DNA of 64,000 nucleotides from positions 608,001 to 672,000 of the forward strand of contig CAVTBU010000006.1 of NCBI GenBank assembly GCA_963733035.1. Direction: 5' to 3'. The DNA is from Pirellulales bacterium (lineage in GTDB: Bacteria > Planctomycetota > Planctomycetia > Pirellulales > PALSA-1355). This document shows positions 10,406 to 20,733 of this stretch, in pieces; the first letter of the stretch is position 1; every line of letters begins with the position of its first letter. A model generated the notes under the pieces. It searched no databases. It saw nothing but the letters and a program-made list of their open reading frames with translations, and was not told the DNA's origin. The position numbers were made by a program, and so were the translations under genes.

Positions 10406-12040
10406 TCAGGGAAGCACGCTTTGCTCGCGATAGAGGGGCATGTGGCGATAGTATACTTCCAGAATCATCGCCGACATGGCGGTGCAGTACAAGCGGCCAC
10501 CGGCGCCAGAGCCCTGGTCGGCGCCATCGAAGTACCAGCTACCCAATTCGTGTCCTTTGTGCGACTGAGATTTTACCAGGTAGTCGCGCATGACATCGTT
10601 CCAACGCTTCCACGGGTCTCCACCCCAATGGTGCATGACCTGCGTGGCGTAGTAGTCGTAGTACAAGTTATTTCGGAGACCCGTGCTATTGATCGACGGG
10701 CCAAACTGGCTCAGCATGCGTACCCCACGTTCCAGCCCACGATGGTTGTGATCCCATCCGAGATACATGCGGCACAACAGTCCGATGGCAGTGGTGGAAG
10801 GCCGCCGGGATTCAGGTCTTTGGTAACCGTAAGTAGCGCCCCGCATATCTTGCACGGAGTCGAGGAAGTAATTGGTCTTGTGCAACGTGACTCGCGGTAC
10901 GTCGAGGTACGCCATCTGCGCGCTCTTGAGCGCCATCAATTGCCAGCCAACCACCGAAGTGTCACCCGGGGTCTGCGGATAGTAACGCCAACCGCCGCCG
11001 ATGGGGTCTTGGGCCTTGACAATGAAGTTTACGACTGACTGGGCCGGCCCGCGCAGCGACTGCTCGTGCGTCATGCCGTAGGCTTCGCACAAGGCGATGG
11101 ACGCCAATCCGTGGCCGTACATCCTGCCGTGCGGATCCCACAGGCTGCCGACTTTCCCTTCGTGTTTGATGCTGCGGACCAGGAACTTCAATCCTCGTTC
11201 GATGTTCTGCTTGTGCACGCCTTGAAACTGGGTTTGTCCAGTGCCCAGGAAGGGGAGCAGTGCCATGCCGGTGGCGGCAATCTTACCGGGCGTATAGCCA
11301 GGATCTCCGCACTGTCCGTTGCACTTGGGGTGCCTGTCGTGCTGGAACGACCAACTGCCGTCATATTCCTGGTGCTCGGCTAACCATATGAGTGCCAGCC
11401 TCACGGCCTCTTCGCTTTGTGGCGTGCCGCCGCCGGACTGCACAAGCGCCTGCCGCAGGTCGCCGTTGAGACGCAGGGCCAAGCCGTTGCCGCCGACGCC
11501 GGCCAAGAGAGCTTCGGTGTCGACGATTGCCCCGGTGGTTGCCAGTTCACCGCCGGGCAGAATCGGCACGACAGGGCCCAGTTCGGTGGCCGTGGGCGGT
11601 AGTTCGGCCAGGGGTGCCGGGAGCAGCGGATCGGCCGTATCGAGATCGGCCGGCGCCTCAATCAGCGATGGCTCAAGCAAATCTGGTTCGACGTCACGTG
11701 GACCAGTGCCAGCGACGGTGACCTCCAGCGACGGGCTGGCGTCCGGCATTGCGGTGAGCGTGGTCAGAAGTGCCAACGATAAGACCAAGAGTAGGTGGAC
11801 GACCGTGCTGGCAAGCCAACTCGGGGCATATAGCCAAACTTCTCCAGCCGTGGTCGCATTGTCTTCCGCGGCTGCGCCCGTGTTGATTTCAGCACGCAGG
11901 GAATCGGGAGTCGGCGGAAAGGGCACTAGAGGCGGAGGAATCTTGCTGCCCACCGATAGCCGTGGACGCTGAACGCCGACGATCTCACCGCTGCCCGCAG
12001 CGGCGGCTTGCGAGTCGGCCAGCGGAGAGCAGTCGCTCAT
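10406..12040 (-). CDS. Prenyltransferase/squalene-oxidase-repeat protein with N-terminal membrane anchor
   Basis: SWLASTVVHLLLVLSL anchor, Pro-rich linker, QW-like repeats (HQEYDGSW, AQDPIGGGWRY, GHELGSW), ILEVYYRHMPLY end. Confidence 0.8.
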   Translation of the reverse strand: MSDCSPLADSQAAAAGSGEIVGVQRPRLSVGSKIPPPLVPFPPTPDSLRAEINTGAAAEDNATTAGEVWLYAPSWLASTVVHLLLVLSLALLTTLTAMPDASPSLEVTVAGTGPRDVEPDLLEPSLIEAPADLDTADPLLPAPLAELPPTATELGPVVPILPGGELATTGAIVDTEALLAGVGGNGLALRLNGDLRQALVQSGGGTPQSEEAVRLALIWLAEHQEYDGSWSFQHDRHPKCNGQCGDPGYTPGKIAATGMALLPFLGTGQTQFQGVHKQNIERGLKFLVRSIKHEGKVGSLWDPHGRMYGHGLASIALCEAYGMTHEQSLRGPAQSVVNFIVKAQDPIGGGWRYYPQTPGDTSVVGWQLMALKSAQMAYLDVPRVTLHKTNYFLDSVQDMRGATYGYQRPESRRPSTTAIGLLCRMYLGWDHNHRGLERGVRMLSQFGPSINSTGLRNNLYYDYYATQVMHHWGGDPWKRWNDVMRDYLVKSQSHKGHELGSWYFDGADQGSGAGGRLYCTAMSAMILEVYYRHMPLYREQSVLP

Positions 12041-12341
12041 AGTCCAAACCCCCAACCTCTCGAGATCTCTCTTCCTAGCTTCCAGTTTAAGTAAACGGCG
12101 GGCTTCGGAGTACGAGGTTTTCCGCGAAACTTGCCAAAAAGAGACGGGGCGACCAGTTCCTCGGAATCGTTTCACCTCGTGCGATTAGGGCAGATTTCTG
12201 GCCCATAGCTCGTGTACGGCGGCATCGTGGGGAGAAGAAACGCCCCTGGCAAGGTAGGGTCCCGGCGCGGTAGAATTCGGTTCGCCCAAATCGAGCGGCC
12301 CGCATAGGGGCGTTGGTCCTTTTTGAAGTGGAAGCAGTCGG

Positions 12342-12506
12342 ATGGCTAAGAGCAAAAAGAAAGTCGAAACCGTGTTCCTCGTTTGCGAAGAGACGGGCGA
12401 CTACAACTACACGATCCGTCGCAAGCCGGGGGGCGAAAAGCTGAAGCTGTCCAAGTTCAGCCCGCGACTCCGCAAGCACACGACGCACGTTGAGAAAAAG
12501 AAGTAA
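12342..12506 (+). CDS. rpmG: 50S ribosomal protein L33
   Basis: Manually translated 54-aa ORF, absent from the ORF track: MAKSKKKVETVFLVCEETGDYNYTIRRKPGGEKLKLSKFSPRLRKHTTHVEKKK. Confidence 0.93.
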   Translation: MAKSKKKVETVFLVCEETGDYNYTIRRKPGGEKLKLSKFSPRLRKHTTHVEKKK

Positions 12507-12617
12507 GCCCTGCCTGCGTGGTTGAAATTGGTGGCGCGGTAACAACGACAAGGATGCGCCTATGGGGCGCATCCTTACTACTTGCGCAATCGGTACGCAG
12601 AAACTCGCGGCCGATCG

Positions 12618-14075
12618 CTATCCCTTTGCCGACCAGGCCACGACGGGCTGCCTGGCCGCACGAACCTCGTCGGGTCGGCTGATGGTTGTCGTGTGCGGGG
12701 CCTCGTGCAGCAATTCCGCTGGTTCTTCCGTGATGCGGAACAGCGTCTGGGCAAATGCGTCGAGCGTTTCCTTGGTTTCGGTTTCTGTCGGCTCGATCAT
12801 CATCGCTTCGCGAACAATCGGCGGGAAGTAAACCGTGGGGGCGTGAAAACCATAGTCCAACAGTCGCTTAGCGATGTCCATGGCCGACACGCCGCGGTCG
12901 CTTTTCAACTTGGCACCGCTGGCCACGAATTCGTGCATGCATCGGTCTCCCTGCGGCACTGGAAAGATGTGTTTTACCTTCGAAAGCAGGTAGTTCGCAT
13001 TGAGTACGGCATTCTCGCTCACGCGCCGTAGGCCGTCCGGTCCGTGTGTACGGATGTAGCAATACGCCCGTACCAGCACGCCGACATTGCCAAAGAACGA
13101 GCGTACTCGCCCGATCGAGTGCGGGCGATCGAAGTCCAGTCGGAAGCCGGCCTCGTCGCGCGCGATGCCCGGTACCGGCAGATAGGGTTCGAGCGCCCGC
13201 GTGACCGCAATCGGACCAGCGCCTGGCCCGCCGCCGCCGTGCGGGCCACTGAATGTCTTGTGCGGGTTGAAATGCATCATGTCCGCACCAAAGTCGCCGG
13301 GCCGAGAGATGCCCAGGATGGCGTTCATGTTCGCGCCGTCGAGGTAAATCAGACCGCCAGCTTCGTGTACGCGGTTGGCAATTTCGGCAATCTGACGATC
13401 GAACATCCCCAGCGTGTTCGGATTGGTAATCATGAAGACGGCGGTCTGTTCGTCGAGCTTGCTCTCCAGATCGGCCATGTCGACGTATCCGTCCGGCGTG
13501 CTCTTGACGGTCACGGTATCGAAGCCCGCCATCTTGGCGCTGGCCGGATTCGTGCCGTGGGCGCTGTCGGGCGCAAGCACCTTGGTGCGCGGTTGGCCCA
13601 ACTTCTTGAAGTGAGCCGCGGCCACCTGCAGCGCGGTCATTTCGCCCTGTGCGCCGGCAGCTGGTTGCAGCGAGACGGCCGGCAAGCCTGCGATTTCGGC
13701 CAGCATTTCCTGCAGCCCATAGAGCAGTTCCAACAGCCCTTGCAGTGTATCGAGCGGCTGATAGGGATGCAGGTCGACGAGGCCCGGCAGACTCGCCAGG
13801 CGCTCGTTACGCTTGGGGTTGTACTTCATCGTGCACGAACCCAATGGATAGAAATGCGTGTCGACTGACATGTTTTGTGTCGACAGGTTCGTGAAGTGGC
13901 GTACCAGCTCTGGTTCCGTCAGTTCTGGCAGCGGCGGCGGGGCAGTGCTGATTGCCTGGCTCGGCAGGAGTTCGTTGAGAGGCACTTCCGGCACGTCAGC
14001 TTTGGGCAGTCGAACACCACGGCGGCCAGGTTTCGAAAGTTCGAACAGCAGTTGAGTTGCTCGGGTATTACGCAT
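12618..14075 (-). CDS. gcvPB: Glycine dehydrogenase (decarboxylating) subunit 2
   Basis: YPLGSCTMKYNP, LQPAAGAQGE, SAHGTNPASA, YLDGANMNA, HFNPHKTFSGPHGGGGPG. Confidence 0.96.
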   Translation of the reverse strand: MRNTRATQLLFELSKPGRRGVRLPKADVPEVPLNELLPSQAISTAPPPLPELTEPELVRHFTNLSTQNMSVDTHFYPLGSCTMKYNPKRNERLASLPGLVDLHPYQPLDTLQGLLELLYGLQEMLAEIAGLPAVSLQPAAGAQGEMTALQVAAAHFKKLGQPRTKVLAPDSAHGTNPASAKMAGFDTVTVKSTPDGYVDMADLESKLDEQTAVFMITNPNTLGMFDRQIAEIANRVHEAGGLIYLDGANMNAILGISRPGDFGADMMHFNPHKTFSGPHGGGGPGAGPIAVTRALEPYLPVPGIARDEAGFRLDFDRPHSIGRVRSFFGNVGVLVRAYCYIRTHGPDGLRRVSENAVLNANYLLSKVKHIFPVPQGDRCMHEFVASGAKLKSDRGVSAMDIAKRLLDYGFHAPTVYFPPIVREAMMIEPTETETKETLDAFAQTLFRITEEPAELLHEAPHTTTISRPDEVRAARQPVVAWSAKG

Positions 14076-15426
14076 GGATGGCTGCCATTTGGTTCAGACA
14101 GCCCACCAGGCCGTCGATTTCTTCACGTGTGCGGCGTTCTGTCACCGACACCAAAAAACAATCGTCCAATTCCTCGTACCAGCGGCCCAGCGGCACGCCG
14201 GCCAGATAGCCTGCTTCGCAAGCTCGAGCGAGCAATTCGTCGACATTGTCCCCCTTGGCTCGCACAACGAACTCCTTGAACGTTGGCAACTCGAAAGCCT
14301 GCTCGAATCCTCCGTCGCCGATTATTTGCTTGGCCGCGTAATGCGAACGCCGCAAGCACAATTCGGCAGTTTCACGAAGTCCTTGCGGACCCAATGCTGC
14401 CAGATAAACAGTTGCTCGCAAGGCGAACAGGCCCTGGTTCGTACAGATGTTGCTCGTGGCTTTTTCGCGGCGAATGTGCTGTTCACGGGTTTGCAGCGTA
14501 AGCACAAAACATCGCTTGCCGCGACGATCGACTGTCTCACCGGCGATCCGGCCCGGCATCCGCCGCACAAACTGCTCGCGACAGGCGAGGATGCCAAGGT
14601 ACGGCCCACCAAAAGACATCGGACTGCCCAAACTCTGACCCTCCGCTACAACGATGTCGGCGCCGTAGTCGCCCGGCCGCTTGAGAAGGCCAAGACTGAT
14701 CGGATCGACCGATACGGCTAGCAGAGCTCCAGCCTCGTGCGCCAGGTTGGCAATTGCATCCACCGGTTCCAGACAACCGAAGAAATTCGGATGCTGCACC
14801 AGTACGCACGCCGTGTCGCGATTGACGGCTTTGGCGAGTTGGTCGGGCGTGACGGCTCCCTCAGGCGTGCCGACCGTAACCAGTTCGATATCAAGATTTG
14901 CCAAGTAGGTCGCTAGAATCTGTCGGTATTCCGGATGCACGCTAGCCGTGGTCACGACACGTCCGTGACGCCCCGTAGCGCTTACCGCCATCAGCACGGC
15001 TTCCGCCGCGGCGCTGCCCCCGTCGTACAAGCTGGCGTTCGACACGTCCATGCCCGTCAGCTGAGTGATCAGCGTTTGGTATTCGAAGAAGACTTGCAGA
15101 TTGCCTTGGCTGGCTTCTGGCTGGTAGGGTGTGTACGAGGTGTAGAATTCGCCGCGCGAGGCGACGTAGTCGACGATCGCCGGAATAAAATGGTCGTAAC
15201 TGCCACCTCCCAGGAAGCAGATCTTTTCGCCGGCGGGAGCGTTCTTTTTTGCGAGCGAGTCGAGATGGGCCGTGAGCTCGACCTCGGTGAGTGCCGGCGG
15301 AATATCGAGTGGGCCCTTGAGCCGCAACTCTGGTGGAATCGAGTCGAAAAGCTCGTCGAGGCTGGCCAGTCCGATCGCATCGAGCATCGCCCGTTGATCG
15401 TCGGCCGTGTTGGAAATGTATGGCAT
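14068..15426 (-). CDS. gcvPA: Glycine dehydrogenase (decarboxylating) subunit 1
   Basis: FLGGGSYDH, YTSYTPYQPEASQG, SNASLYDG, LQTREQHIRREKATSNICTNQ. Confidence 0.96.
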   Translation of the reverse strand: MPYISNTADDQRAMLDAIGLASLDELFDSIPPELRLKGPLDIPPALTEVELTAHLDSLAKKNAPAGEKICFLGGGSYDHFIPAIVDYVASRGEFYTSYTPYQPEASQGNLQVFFEYQTLITQLTGMDVSNASLYDGGSAAAEAVLMAVSATGRHGRVVTTASVHPEYRQILATYLANLDIELVTVGTPEGAVTPDQLAKAVNRDTACVLVQHPNFFGCLEPVDAIANLAHEAGALLAVSVDPISLGLLKRPGDYGADIVVAEGQSLGSPMSFGGPYLGILACREQFVRRMPGRIAGETVDRRGKRCFVLTLQTREQHIRREKATSNICTNQGLFALRATVYLAALGPQGLRETAELCLRRSHYAAKQIIGDGGFEQAFELPTFKEFVVRAKGDNVDELLARACEAGYLAGVPLGRWYEELDDCFLVSVTERRTREEIDGLVGCLNQMAAIHA

Positions 15427-15518
15427 GGAGGCGTCTGACGTCGGTAGGACGTGATGGGTGACTATGTGCTTGTGCAATGGACTTGGTCAAACTACTAGGT
15501 TCTCACCACATACCATTC

Positions 15519-15917
15519 CTAGTGTCCTTCCTCGGCACACTGCTTTTCGTAGTCGGCATGCGACAGGAGTTTCTTCAGGTCCGCTTCGTCGCTGAGCTTG
15601 ATCTTCAGGATCCAGCCTTCGCCGTAGGGATCATCGTTGAGTTTCGAGAGCTGATCTGGCAGGCTGCCGTTAACGTCGACAATCTCGCCGCTCACAGGGC
15701 TGTAGATGTCGCTCACGGCTTTGACGCTTTCGATCTCCCCGATCGATTCACCGGCTTTCACTTGGCGGCCAGCCTGAGGCAGCTCGAGGTAAACCAGGTC
15801 GGTCAGCGCTTCGACGGCAAAATGCGAAATGCCGACAGTGGCAATTGGCTGGCCGCCGTCGCGGTCGACGTGGACCCATTCGTGTGTCTTGGCATAGAGC
15901 AAATCTTGCGGCTGCAC
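15519..15917 (-). CDS. gcvH: Glycine cleavage system H protein
   Basis: YAKTHEWV, EIESVKAVSDIYSPVSG (lipoyl-Lys), NDDPYGEGW; GTG start inferred. Confidence 0.95.
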   Translation of the reverse strand: MQPQDLLYAKTHEWVHVDRDGGQPIATVGISHFAVEALTDLVYLELPQAGRQVKAGESIGEIESVKAVSDIYSPVSGEIVDVNGSLPDQLSKLNDDPYGEGWILKIKLSDEADLKKLLSHADYEKQCAEEGH

Positions 15918-15946
15918 GGCGTCGAATCCTTGTGACAGAGGGGTGA

Positions 15947-17058
15947 TCAATTCGTTCGCTTGTAAAACGGCAGTTCGACCGTACGGGCCGGTTCGTGGCT
16001 GCCACGAATGTCGATGGTCACTTCGGTCCCGGGGTCGGCATGCGATTGCGCGATGTAACCCATCGCGATCGGCTTGCCGAGCGTCGGAGAAAACGTGCCG
16101 CTGGTCACGCGGCCGACCGTCTCATCGTCGACGAGGACCGAATAGCCTTCGCGCGGCACTCGTTTGCCTTGCAGTTCCCAACCTACGCGCACCGGAAGCT
16201 TCGTGTCGCCCCGGCGCTCGGCGAGCGCATCGCAGCCGGGAAAATGCCGATCCTTGAGGTTCACAGCAAAGTTCAGTCCGGCCTGTAGGGGGTCGATTTT
16301 CTCGTTGAGTTCGTGACCATACAGCGGCATGCCGGCTTCTAGCCGAAGGGTGTCTCGGGCGCCCAACCCGGCCGCCATGCCGCCAACTTTCTCTGCCGCA
16401 CCGACGAGAGTTTCCCAAATCTCCCTGGCTGCTTCGGCCGGCAAAATCAACTCGCAGCCGTCCTCGCCGGTGTATCCGGTGCGGCTTACGAGGCCAGCGT
16501 GGCCGCCGATCTCGCTCTCGGCACCATGGTAGTAGCGCAGCGACGCAGGGTCCGTGCTCGACAGCGGAGCGACAATCTCCAAGGCCTTGGGACCTTGCAC
16601 GGCAATCATGGCCGTATCCGTGGTTGTGTCGTGAATTTCGACTTCCGAGCCGTCTCGGTGCGTGTGCAACCACTCGACAATCTTCTCACGATTGCCGGCG
16701 TTTACGACCAGCTCGTAGTAGTTCGCGCCCGCGAGTGCAGCAGGTGGTAGACAAGCACATCGTCCAGAATTCCGCCAGATTCGTTCGTAACTAAAGCGTA
16801 GCGAATTCGACCAGGCTGCATGCCAGCGACGCGACGAGTGACGATGCGGTCGAGAAAGGCTTCGGACCCGGGACCTTCAAAGCGAACGCGGCCCATGTGT
16901 GAGACGTCGAACAATCCGACGGCCGTTCGCGTGGCATTGTGTTCAGCCACAATCGAGGAGTACTGTACCGGCATCGACCAACCCGCGAAGTCGACCAGCC
17001 GCCCACCATGCAAAGCATGCCAATCGTGCAGCGGCGTTTGCGCAAGGGTGCTGGTCAT
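15947..17058 (-). CDS. gcvT: Glycine cleavage system T protein (aminomethyltransferase), frameshifted near 16730
   Basis: N part has TPLHDWH, FAGWSMPVQY, LFDVSHMG; a second frame continues ELVVNAGNREK, SRTGYTGEDG, ARDTLRLEAGMPLYGHE. Confidence 0.92.
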
Positions 17059-17213
17059 CCGGGCTTCTAAGCTCCCAGAAGGTACGAACGGACTTTCGCC
17101 CCTTAAGGACCGCACGGGATCCAATCGGCGTTCGAGAGTCCACGAGATGCCAAAACAATCACGTCAGCAGGTATTGTAGCGGTCTCGGCGAGCGTGCCTA
17201 GGGTGCGAACCCG

Positions 17214-19466
17214 CTACCGCCGTTTCTTGCTTCCAGACTTGTTCTTGCCTTTTTCTTTGTCCTTCTTGGCCTTTCGCTCTTTCTTACTACCGATACGGCT
17301 CTTGCGGGATTGGCTTTTTTCGCGGGCGACAATCCGGAAGTCGAGTTCGCGGCGATCGACATCAACACGGGCGACAGTTATGGTCACGTGATCGCCAAGC
17401 TGATAGCGATTGCCGGCCCGATGTCCCGTCAGCGTGTGCGAGCCGCGGTCGAAGCGATAGAAGTCGTCTTGCAGGGAGCTGATATGCACCAGGCCTTCGG
17501 CCGGTAGTTCAACGCCTTGCACGAACAAGCCAAACTCTTCGACGCCGGTGACCACTGCGTCAAGCTTGAGGCCGACTCGCGAACTGAGATACTCGAGCAG
17601 CTTGACCTTCGTCAGTTCTCGTTCGGCGGATTCCGCCCGACGTTCGCGGTCGCTGCAGTGTTCGCCGACGACCGCCAATTCGCCAAAGTCGTTACGCGGC
17701 TTTTTGCCCGAGAGCAATTGATCGAGCAGCCGGTGGATTGTTAGATCGGGATAGCGGCGAATGGGCGAGGTAAAATGCGTGTAACACTCGCTGGCCAACG
17801 CATAGTGACCTTCCTTCTCGGGACTATAGACGGCCCGCTGCAGGCTGCGGAGCAGGGCGAAGTTGACGGCTCGCTCCTCGGGTTGGCCGTGCACATCGGC
17901 CAGCAGCTTTTGCAATTCGAAGCGACTTTCAAGACTCTCGACCTGAAAACCCATGCCGGTTACGAATTCGGTAAGCGCCTTGAGCTTTCGGGGATCGGGC
18001 GCCATGTGCACGCGGCGAATGAACTCGAGCTCTGCCTTCTCGAGGTATTCGGCCACGGATTCGTTCGCGGCCAACATGAAGTCTTCGATGATCTTGTGGC
18101 TTTCAGTATTTTGGACAAGGTGGGCGCCGCTCACCCGACCATCGGCATCCAGATCAACTTTCACCTCGGGCATCGTCAGTTCGAGCCCGCCGCGACGATA
18201 CCGCCGTTGGCGCAGCACCGCAGCCAGTTTTTGCATCCGGCCGAGAAGCGAATGCACCTTGGAATCGAGTTTTGAGTGCCAGCCGTCGGGGTCAGCAAGA
18301 TACGCGTCGACTTCCTCGTACGTGAAGCGACGGCGGCTCTTGATTGCCCCGGACATTGGCTCCACGTGCACAGGCACGCCATCGGGCGTGTATTCGATGA
18401 AAACGCTCTTGGTGTACCGCACCTTGTCGGGTTGCAGGCTGGCGAGGCCGTTGGAGATGATCTCGGGAATCATCGGAATCACGCGGTCGGGTAAATAGGT
18501 GCTCGTGCCGCGGGAATACGCCTCGCGGTCGAGCGCCGTATCGGGCCGCACGAAGTGCGATACGTCGGCAATATGGACGCCGAGCCACCAGTGCCCCTTG
18601 TCATTGATTTCGAGCGACACTGCGTCATCGAAGTCGCGGGCATCGACCGGATCGATGGTAATCGTGACCAAGTCTGTCAGGTCGTTGCGCCCCTCCCCAA
18701 TCCTCTCGTCGAACAGGTCGGCTTGGTGGCGAGATTCCTCGACAGCATCTTCCGCGAAGTGTTCTGGCAAGTTGAACTCGCGAATGATTGACAGCGTATC
18801 GATGCCCGGCTCGCCGCGCTGGCCGAGGATCTCGCTGACCACGCCTTCGCCCTGGTGGGCATGCGTGGGAAAGCGAACCATTTCGATCACGACCTTGTCG
18901 TCGGCCTTGGGGCGTTTGACGCCGGGGTCGCCCAGGATGATTGGCTGGGAAAAAGGCATGCCGTCGACTTGTACGTAAGCTACGCCTCCTTCCTCGAAAT
19001 AAGTGCCGACGAACTGATGCGTTTCTCGCTCGATGATCTCGACGATCTCGCCCTCGGGATTGGGGCGACGCGATTCCGTTTTCTTTTTCAGCCGTACGAG
19101 TACAGTATCGCCCGTGGCCGCGTCGCCGGCATCGTATTTGGAGATGAAGATGTCCTGGGTGCGATCGGCGCCCGGGGCACTGCCGGCGGGACGCACGAAA
19201 CCGAATCCTGCGTCGGCGCGGCGGAACACACCCGTCACGCGGTAGCCCTTCTCCTTGGAAGAAACCGCCGGTGGCGGGCCGAGCAAGTGATTTGCGCCGT
19301 AACTCACCTTGGCATCTTTGACGAGCCGCTTGATCACGCGTTTTAAGTCGCGAGTTTGGTCCTCGTCGAGGTTAAGACGCTGGGCGATCACCCGTGGTTT
19401 CACGGGCCGGTATCCGGGCTGATTGATCAGCTCAAGCAGTTGCTGTTCGATTTCCTCGCTGCGCAC
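17214..19466 (-). CDS. rnr: Ribonuclease R
   Basis: TIDPVDARDFDDA, VHIADVSH, IEDFMLAAN, HFTSPIRRYPDL, S1 domain, Lys-rich tail; start uncertain (ORF extends to 19517). Confidence 0.94.
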   Translation of the reverse strand: MRSEEIEQQLLELINQPGYRPVKPRVIAQRLNLDEDQTRDLKRVIKRLVKDAKVSYGANHLLGPPPAVSSKEKGYRVTGVFRRADAGFGFVRPAGSAPGADRTQDIFISKYDAGDAATGDTVLVRLKKKTESRRPNPEGEIVEIIERETHQFVGTYFEEGGVAYVQVDGMPFSQPIILGDPGVKRPKADDKVVIEMVRFPTHAHQGEGVVSEILGQRGEPGIDTLSIIREFNLPEHFAEDAVEESRHQADLFDERIGEGRNDLTDLVTITIDPVDARDFDDAVSLEINDKGHWWLGVHIADVSHFVRPDTALDREAYSRGTSTYLPDRVIPMIPEIISNGLASLQPDKVRYTKSVFIEYTPDGVPVHVEPMSGAIKSRRRFTYEEVDAYLADPDGWHSKLDSKVHSLLGRMQKLAAVLRQRRYRRGGLELTMPEVKVDLDADGRVSGAHLVQNTESHKIIEDFMLAANESVAEYLEKAELEFIRRVHMAPDPRKLKALTEFVTGMGFQVESLESRFELQKLLADVHGQPEERAVNFALLRSLQRAVYSPEKEGHYALASECYTHFTSPIRRYPDLTIHRLLDQLLSGKKPRNDFGELAVVGEHCSDRERRAESAERELTKVKLLEYLSSRVGLKLDAVVTGVEEFGLFVQGVELPAEGLVHISSLQDDFYRFDRGSHTLTGHRAGNRYQLGDHVTITVARVDVDRRELDFRIVAREKSQSRKSRIGSKKERKAKKDKEKGKNKSGSKKRR

Positions 19467-19545
19467 GGGCGGACCTTTCAATTGGCGACTATCGGCGGCG
19501 CCGGTAGGCACGAGCACCGCGGCGGCTTGGACGGGCTATGGAATT

Positions 19546-20530
19546 CTACCTTCCGGAGCTGCCGCCACGCGGCGCGCCCTTGAACAGTTTTCGGCCCAGA
19601 GCCGGATTATAGTTGGTCCATGAGCTTTCGACGTTCGGGTCGTCGCGCATCAATTGGTCGAAGGCATGTACCTTGGCGTCGAGGTTATCGAGTTGATGCA
19701 GCGCCACCGCTTCGAGCGTCATCGGCAGTTTAGGACTGCCGTATTCGTATTGCCCGTGATGGCTGACGATCATGTGTTTGAGCCGCAGCACGAGTTCCTC
19801 GGGGATCGGTTCTCCGGACAGCCGTTCAACTTCCTTCAATTTGCGGTCGAGAATGCCTACGGCCATTACCAGGTGGCCAATCAGTTGCCCTTCGTCGCTA
19901 TACGCGAAATCGCGTTCGTACGTCAGTTCGTCGATCTTGCCCATGTCATGAAGGAAGGCGCCCATCAACATCAGGTCGGCGTTGATGTTTGGATAGAGCG
20001 GCGTGACCTGTTCGCAGAGCTCCATCAACTTGATCACGTGCTCGATCAGTCCACCCACGTAGGCATGATGGTTTTTCACGCCGGCTGGCGCGGCTGAACT
20101 TCCGCATGAAATCGTCATCCATCAAAAAGCATTCGGCCAGATTCAGCAGGTGCGGGTCGTTCATCTTGCGAAGCATAGACCCGAGCTTGACCACGAACTG
20201 GTCGATCTCTTTCGAGTCAAGGATCATGAAGTCGTCGGTGTTGACTTCGGTCTGAGGAGCCTTGCGGATGCTGGTAGCAATGAGCTGAATCGTGCCCTGG
20301 AAGAGCTGCGTGCAACCCTCGACGCGCACGTAGTCGCCGTTGTCGAAACCACGGTAATCCTGTTCGCTGGCGTTCCACATTCGGGCGCCAATCGATCCGC
20401 TCCGGTCCGACAGGTCGAGTTGCAGGTAGAGGTTGCCGTTACGATTGGGCCGCAGCTGCTTTTCGCTTGCTAGAAAGATTTGATCGATGGATTCCTGATG
20501 AGCTAACTGACTGACGTACCGCCTGGACAT
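19546..20530 (-). CDS. OB-fold + HD-domain protein (YhaM/Cbf1-like 3'-5' exoribonuclease), frameshifted near 20090
   Basis: OB part YLQLDLSDRSGSIGARMW; a second frame gives APAGVKNHHAYVGGLIEH, LHDMGK, IGHL, SHHG..EYGSP, DNLDAK. Confidence 0.85.
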
Positions 20531-20733
20531 GAGGGAACTTTCTAAGACGCCCGAAAGCGGCGTCGCTGGAGGGGGAAAGGACGTGCGGCAAAGTTCTTGA
20601 TTTTAGGAGCGGCGGCAGCGACTCACAAGGGTTCCCATTGTTGACGACCGGGGCCGTGGCGTAAAATGAGCCGCTTTCGCTGGCCCACGTCCGCAAGCCC
20701 ACAAAGCTAGCCAATTGGTAAGGAACGCCCCGC

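Noticed and set aside
17059..17213. Possible glycine riboswitch upstream of gcvT
   Set aside because: No GGAGA/CCGAAG/CTCTCAGG aptamer core; only a TACAAT -10-like box.
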